Assembly (NCBI GenBank): GCA_964535515.1
Contig: CAZHTA010000004.1
Span: 27,888-68,377, forward strand
Direction of reading: 5' to 3'
Source: an uncultured Gammaproteobacteria bacterium
Lineage (GTDB): Bacteria > Patescibacteriota > Patescibacteriia > Magasanikbacterales > GWA2-37-8
DNA: 40,490 nt
The translations under genes and the position numbers were made by a program. Shown piece after piece: positions 36,565 through 40,490 of the stretch. Within the stretch, counting starts at the first letter, position 1. Every line of letters begins with the position of its first letter. The notes beneath the pieces are model-generated. The model was given only the letters and a program-made list of their open reading frames with translations. It did no database searches and was not told the origin of the DNA.

Positions 36565-37422
36565 ATGCCAGATAAATATACTGCCGTTTGGGTTTCACAC
36601 TCTTCGATTAGTGATTGGTTGCATTGTCCGCAGGCATATTTTTTGCAAAATGTGTATCGTGATCCTAAGACCAATCATAAGATAAGAATAACACGCCCCA
36701 GTTTGTCTTTGGGTAGTGCGGTGCATGAAGTTTTAGAAGGAATTTCTTTGTTACCAAAAGAAACTCGTTTTAACGAATCACTTGTTTCTAAGCTTGAAGA
36801 TGCTTGGAAAAGAGTCAGTGGTAAAAGAGGTGGGTTTTTAGATTCAGAAAGTGAGTACCGGTATAAAATGCGTGGTCAGGAGATGCTGCGTCGAGTAATG
36901 AACCACAAAGATGTTTTAGCTGGTCCAGCGGTAAAAATCAAAGAAGATTTACCCCATTTTTGGTTGTCAGAAGAAGATAACATAATTTTGTGTGGTAAGA
37001 TTGACTGGTTGGAATATTTACCAGAGATTGACAGTGTGCATATTATCGATTTTAAGACGGGGAAAAGTGAAGAGGATCCAGATTCACTGCAGTTACCAAT
37101 ATATCATTTGTTGGTTCACAATTGTCAAAAACGTAAAGCCGTAAAAGCTAGTTATTGGTATGTAGAATCAAGTGATGGTTTAACAGAAAAAGTTTTGCCT
37201 GACTTAGAATCATCAAGAAAAAAAGTTTTGGCAATCGCTCGTGATATTAAAATGGCGCGACAATTGAAACGTTTTAAATGCCCAGAAGGGGAGAGTTGTA
37301 AATTTTGTCAGCCACTTTTGAATGTAACCAAAGGTTTGGGTGAATTAGTTGGGACGGACGATTACAAAAGTGACATATATATCTTGCCGGTGGCTGAGGA
37401 AAAGGAAAGTGTTATACTTTAA
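36565..37422 (+). CDS. PD-(D/E)XK nuclease with a probable Fe-S cluster (Cas4/AddB-nuclease-like)
   Basis: N-terminal Cys (LHCPQAY), GKIDWLEY, IIDFKTGK (D/ExK) and QLPIYHL (QxxxY). The C-terminus is CPEGESCKFC (C-x6-C-x2-C). Confidence 0.55.
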   Translation: MPDKYTAVWVSHSSISDWLHCPQAYFLQNVYRDPKTNHKIRITRPSLSLGSAVHEVLEGISLLPKETRFNESLVSKLEDAWKRVSGKRGGFLDSESEYRYKMRGQEMLRRVMNHKDVLAGPAVKIKEDLPHFWLSEEDNIILCGKIDWLEYLPEIDSVHIIDFKTGKSEEDPDSLQLPIYHLLVHNCQKRKAVKASYWYVESSDGLTEKVLPDLESSRKKVLAIARDIKMARQLKRFKCPEGESCKFCQPLLNVTKGLGELVGTDDYKSDIYILPVAEEKESVIL

Positions 37423-37429
37423 TCTTTTT

Positions 37430-38137
37430 ATGGATTTAATTTCTGTTATTATCCCAGTTTACAACCAAGCGCAAGTGTTGCGCCGATCTTTGGTTTCGCT
37501 TTTGCATCAAACATATCGACCGCTAGAAGTTATTGTAGTAAATGATGGTAGTACGGATAATTTTTCTACGGTGATGAATGAAATCTTAGCAGAAGAACAA
37601 TTTAAAGATTTAAAGATCAAAGTTATTAATCAGCCAAACCAGGGCGCTCCATCGGCACGCAATCACGGGTTTAGTGAATCACTTGGTCATTATATTATAT
37701 TTTGGGATGCTGATACTATCGCTAAGTCAGAAATGTTAACAATCATGCATCAAGTATTAACTGGTAATCCAACAGCCAGCTGGGTGTATTCGCAATTTTG
37801 TTTTGGTTGGAAGAAGATGCGTGGAGCAGCTTTTGATGTTGAGTTATTAAAAAAGAATAATTATATTGATGTTACGAGTTTAATTCGTCGTGATGCTTTT
37901 GTTCCGTTTGATGAAAAGCTAAAACGTTTTCAAGATTGGGATTTGTGGTTGTCTTTAACTGAGAAAGGTAAGAGCGGTGTTTTTATTCCTAAAGTGTTGT
38001 ACAAAAAAATAACTAACCCGGTTGGGATTAGCGCGTGGCTTCCAAGTTTCTTTTTTAAGTTACCTTGGAAAGTTGGCAAGGTAGAAAAATATGAGGCAGC
38101 TGCTCAGATTGTTAAGAAGAAACATGGTTTGGCTTAG
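37430..38137 (+). CDS. Glycosyltransferase family 2
   Basis: ISVIIPVYNQ...VNDGSTDN and FWDADT (DxD). The first ATG after the upstream stop is at 37430. Confidence 0.7.
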   Translation: MDLISVIIPVYNQAQVLRRSLVSLLHQTYRPLEVIVVNDGSTDNFSTVMNEILAEEQFKDLKIKVINQPNQGAPSARNHGFSESLGHYIIFWDADTIAKSEMLTIMHQVLTGNPTASWVYSQFCFGWKKMRGAAFDVELLKKNNYIDVTSLIRRDAFVPFDEKLKRFQDWDLWLSLTEKGKSGVFIPKVLYKKITNPVGISAWLPSFFFKLPWKVGKVEKYEAAAQIVKKKHGLA

Positions 38138-39500
38138 TTGCTGTGGCAGCAATAAGGGTAAGTAAAATTATTCCAAAGACATGGAAAAGTGCCGGCGAAG
38201 TAAGGGTGCTAATCATTAAGACGGAGATGGTTGTAAAAGCAAGAGTTTGATACTCTGCTTTTTTTATTATCTCCAAAATTAATGTGAACCACAATATTAA
38301 ACCAACCAAACCTAATTCTGCCCAGATTTCTAAATATCCCCAATCAAAATGTGGTGTGGTGATAGTTTGTTTAAATATGGGGCTGTAAGCAGAAACAGTA
38401 TCTCCCAAACCTTGGCCAATAACCGGGGTGGCCATAATCTTCTTTTTTATTTCCGGCAACAGCAACATGCGACTAAGAGAACTTTCTTCAATCGATGGAC
38501 TGGTAATACTTTGTAAGCGTAATCCAAATATTTCCCAACCTAGACTTTGTCCACGGCTAGCGATGAAATGAACAGCGGTGAATCCGATTATTAAGATCAA
38601 GACAAAAGTAGCACTACATTTTAACCAGGTCAGCCAGTATTCTTTTTTGAAGAGTAGTAATATACCAACAAAAAATGCTAAATAATATATTCGTGTTAAG
38701 TTTACAGCCAAAACTAAGATGGTTATGGCTGCTAAAGTCCAATTAAGTTTGGTGTTTTTCTTTTTTAATATCTCAAGCATCAGCCAGAGTAGTATTGGAA
38801 CAATTAGCAGGTGCTCATTTAAAACCAAACGAACAAAGTGAAAAGGTAAGGCAGTGATTTTTCCTCCCGCAACATCACGATACCAATGGTAGTAATTATC
38901 TTGTAAGGCAAAGAGGTTAAGAGAAAATCCACAGAAAGTAAAAAAGATAATAATAAAATTACCAACTAGAGCAGCAATTAAAATATTTTTTGTTGTATTT
39001 AAAAATTTTGAATCACGAGTAATAATTTCTTTGAGCGGAAAATAGTAACAAAAAAAGAAATAGGGGACAGTGTCGGCAATGATACTACTTAAAGCGTGCC
39101 CATTTTTAATACCAATGAGTGCTGAAATAACTGCCCAACCAATTAGTGTGAGAATGATAAAAAAAAGTTTGTCGCTAGTGATATCTTTAATTTTTTTATC
39201 TTGTATTTTTTTAACCAAAAAGATAATGAGGGAAAAAACTAGAAGAAGTGTGCGAAGTGATATGCTACCGACTCCTAGGTAACTACCAGATCCACCCAGT
39301 ATGATTTCAGCGGCAATAATATACCAACCACGTGAATCGTCGTTAATTAAAAGATAACTAACAGTTATTGCGATAATTCCTGATACAAAGATATTAATGA
39401 TGCTGGCACCTAAAAGTGGAGTATCAGGTGTAAAAACAAAAGAAAAGATTCTTAAGACAAAGAAGGCAATGAGAGATAGGCTAAAAATCTTTTTATCCAT
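38112..39500 (-). CDS. Polytopic membrane protein, O-antigen ligase/polymerase-like (Wzy_C-type)
   Basis: About 11 predicted TM segments, and an envelope-glycan locus context. Confidence 0.35.
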   Translation of the reverse strand: MDKKIFSLSLIAFFVLRIFSFVFTPDTPLLGASIINIFVSGIIAITVSYLLINDDSRGWYIIAAEIILGGSGSYLGVGSISLRTLLLVFSLIIFLVKKIQDKKIKDITSDKLFFIILTLIGWAVISALIGIKNGHALSSIIADTVPYFFFCYYFPLKEIITRDSKFLNTTKNILIAALVGNFIIIFFTFCGFSLNLFALQDNYYHWYRDVAGGKITALPFHFVRLVLNEHLLIVPILLWLMLEILKKKNTKLNWTLAAITILVLAVNLTRIYYLAFFVGILLLFKKEYWLTWLKCSATFVLILIIGFTAVHFIASRGQSLGWEIFGLRLQSITSPSIEESSLSRMLLLPEIKKKIMATPVIGQGLGDTVSAYSPIFKQTITTPHFDWGYLEIWAELGLVGLILWFTLILEIIKKAEYQTLAFTTISVLMISTLTSPALFHVFGIILLTLIAATATKPNHVSS

Positions 39501-39502
39501 AG

Positions 39503-40255
39503 TTAAACCATTTTAACGTCAGCTAAGTTATGAATACCGTTTATCCAAGACAAGGCCGGCATAGTATTTTTACCTTCGGGTTGTAAGGTGATAATTTCTA
39601 ATGATCCAACTTTACACCCGATTAGTACTTTACTTTTTTCTAATACTATTTTCCCAGTTGGCATTTCAGTGTCAGTTGGTAGTACTTCTAAGAGTTTGAT
39701 TCGCTTGTCTTGAAAAGTGGTCCATAGCCCTGGCCAGACTTCTAAACCACGACCAAGATTGTAAATTTCAGTAGCAGTTTTGTTCCAATCGATGTGTCCG
39801 CTTTCTTTGGTAAACATGGTACAAAAAGTTGCTTGGGACTCATCCTGGATTTGGGGTTTAATTGTACCTGCCAAATAGTTTGGGATAGTCTCTGTAAGCC
39901 CTAAAATTGCCGTTTTAAGCAGTTTTCCAGCCAAAGTAGTGTAAGTGTCAGTTGGATCGATTTTTACTATGCCAGAATGTAAAATTGGTCCATGATCCAT
40001 CTTTTCGTCCATAAGCATAATCGAGACGCCGGTTTCAGTTTCGCCATTAATTAAAACTGACTGAATAGGGGAGGCACCACGATATTTTGGTAAAAGTGAG
40101 GGGTGGACATTGATTGACCCAAATTTAGGTGCTTCAACAATCCGTTTCGGGATAATGAGTCCATATTCGCAGACAATATTTAACTCAATATTTTCCGGGA
40201 AGATGTATTCTTTTAATTTTAGAAATGGATATGGGTTTTTAAACAATTGCGACAT
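39503..40255 (-). CDS. fmt: Methionyl-tRNA formyltransferase-like protein that lacks the N-terminal 50-60 residues present in canonical Fmt
   Basis: INVHPSLLPKYRGASPIQ contains the N and H catalytic residues. An Fmt C-terminal-domain-like region is present (LEVWPGLW). An in-frame stop lies 2 codons upstream of the ATG. Confidence 0.55.
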   Translation of the reverse strand: MSQLFKNPYPFLKLKEYIFPENIELNIVCEYGLIIPKRIVEAPKFGSINVHPSLLPKYRGASPIQSVLINGETETGVSIMLMDEKMDHGPILHSGIVKIDPTDTYTTLAGKLLKTAILGLTETIPNYLAGTIKPQIQDESQATFCTMFTKESGHIDWNKTATEIYNLGRGLEVWPGLWTTFQDKRIKLLEVLPTDTEMPTGKIVLEKSKVLIGCKVGSLEIITLQPEGKNTMPALSWINGIHNLADVKMV

Positions 40256-40345
40256 ATATTAATGATATAAATTTTTGGGATAAGTTTAAGTATTTGATAA
40301 GAAAAAATACTTAAACAAGATAAACAAATGTCATATAACTTATAA

Positions 40346-40490
40346 ATGTCAATCAACATAGAATCATCGCTTGCGGCAAAATTAACAAATACGAGTTCAA
40401 TTAACGACGTATTTAGTGTGGACCATCGTGTTTATGAGCAACGTGTACGCACAACATACGGCCTTAAACTGAGACTGAAGTCAGATGACA
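40346..40490 (+). CDS. Possible 5' end of an unidentified gene running off the window edge
   Basis: ATG at 40346, open to the window end (MSINIESSLAAKLTNTSSINDVFSVDHRVYEQRVRTTYGLKLRLKSDD...), with rising GC. No family recognised. Confidence 0.15.
   Translation, partial: MSINIESSLAAKLTNTSSINDVFSVDHRVYEQRVRTTYGLKLRLKSDD

Noticed and set aside
1-40490. CRISPR arrays, rRNA genes and insertion-sequence or transposase remnants
   Set aside because: No regularly spaced direct repeats, rRNA-like segments or transposase-like ORFs were found on either strand.

Overview
Low-GC, gene-dense window of about 40.5 kb. G+C is in the mid/upper 30s % by eye, and almost all genes sit on the + strand with 1-30 nt spacers. 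Most start codons lack a Shine-Dalgarno sequence, and several are positioned as if for leaderless transcription from an extended -10 element. Housekeeping content comprises a 5'-truncated HIT protein, a thioredoxin-CcdA/DsbD fusion, a NUDIX hydrolase, a PflX-like radical SAM protein, AMMECR1, a VirD4/TraG-like ATPase, an SPFH protein, an HD hydrolase, MnmA and AlaRS. A ribosomal block follows: infA, rpmJ, rpsM, rpsK, rpsD, rpoA, rplQ, rplM, rpsI. It is followed by an envelope-glycan locus with 2 FemAB-like genes, a flippase, GT4, GT2, an O-antigen-ligase-like gene and fmt. A C-terminally short AlaRS, an RpoA without the alpha-CTD, FemAB genes and sparse SD sequences suggest a reduced-genome, Patescibacteria/CPR-like bacterium; this attribution is an inference. 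The standout feature is an operon of about 11 kb at 6.5-17.8 kb. It holds six tandem paralogs whose C-termini carry a PEP-utilizing-enzyme phosphohistidine swivel domain (GG.TCHAAIV.RE...PC) after divergent 250-400 aa N-terminal modules. The operon also contains an embedded histidine-phosphatase-fold (RHG) gene and ends with a single stand-alone PEP-synthase/PPDK N-terminal ATP-grasp subunit. Two more swivel paralogs flank a HAD phosphatase inside the glycan locus at 33.5-36.6 kb. This looks like a split, combinatorial rifampin-phosphotransferase / phenylphosphate-synthase-like phosphotransfer system. Two short islands of about two-thirds G+C interrupt the low-GC background, at 10.9-11.5 kb and 24.3-24.6 kb. 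The first carries an SD-preceded, high-GC3 ORF on the opposite strand in the middle of the paralog operon. The second carries a small Cys-rich ORF. Both look foreign, either horizontal transfer or assembly chimera. No CRISPR array, rRNA or convincing tRNA was seen.
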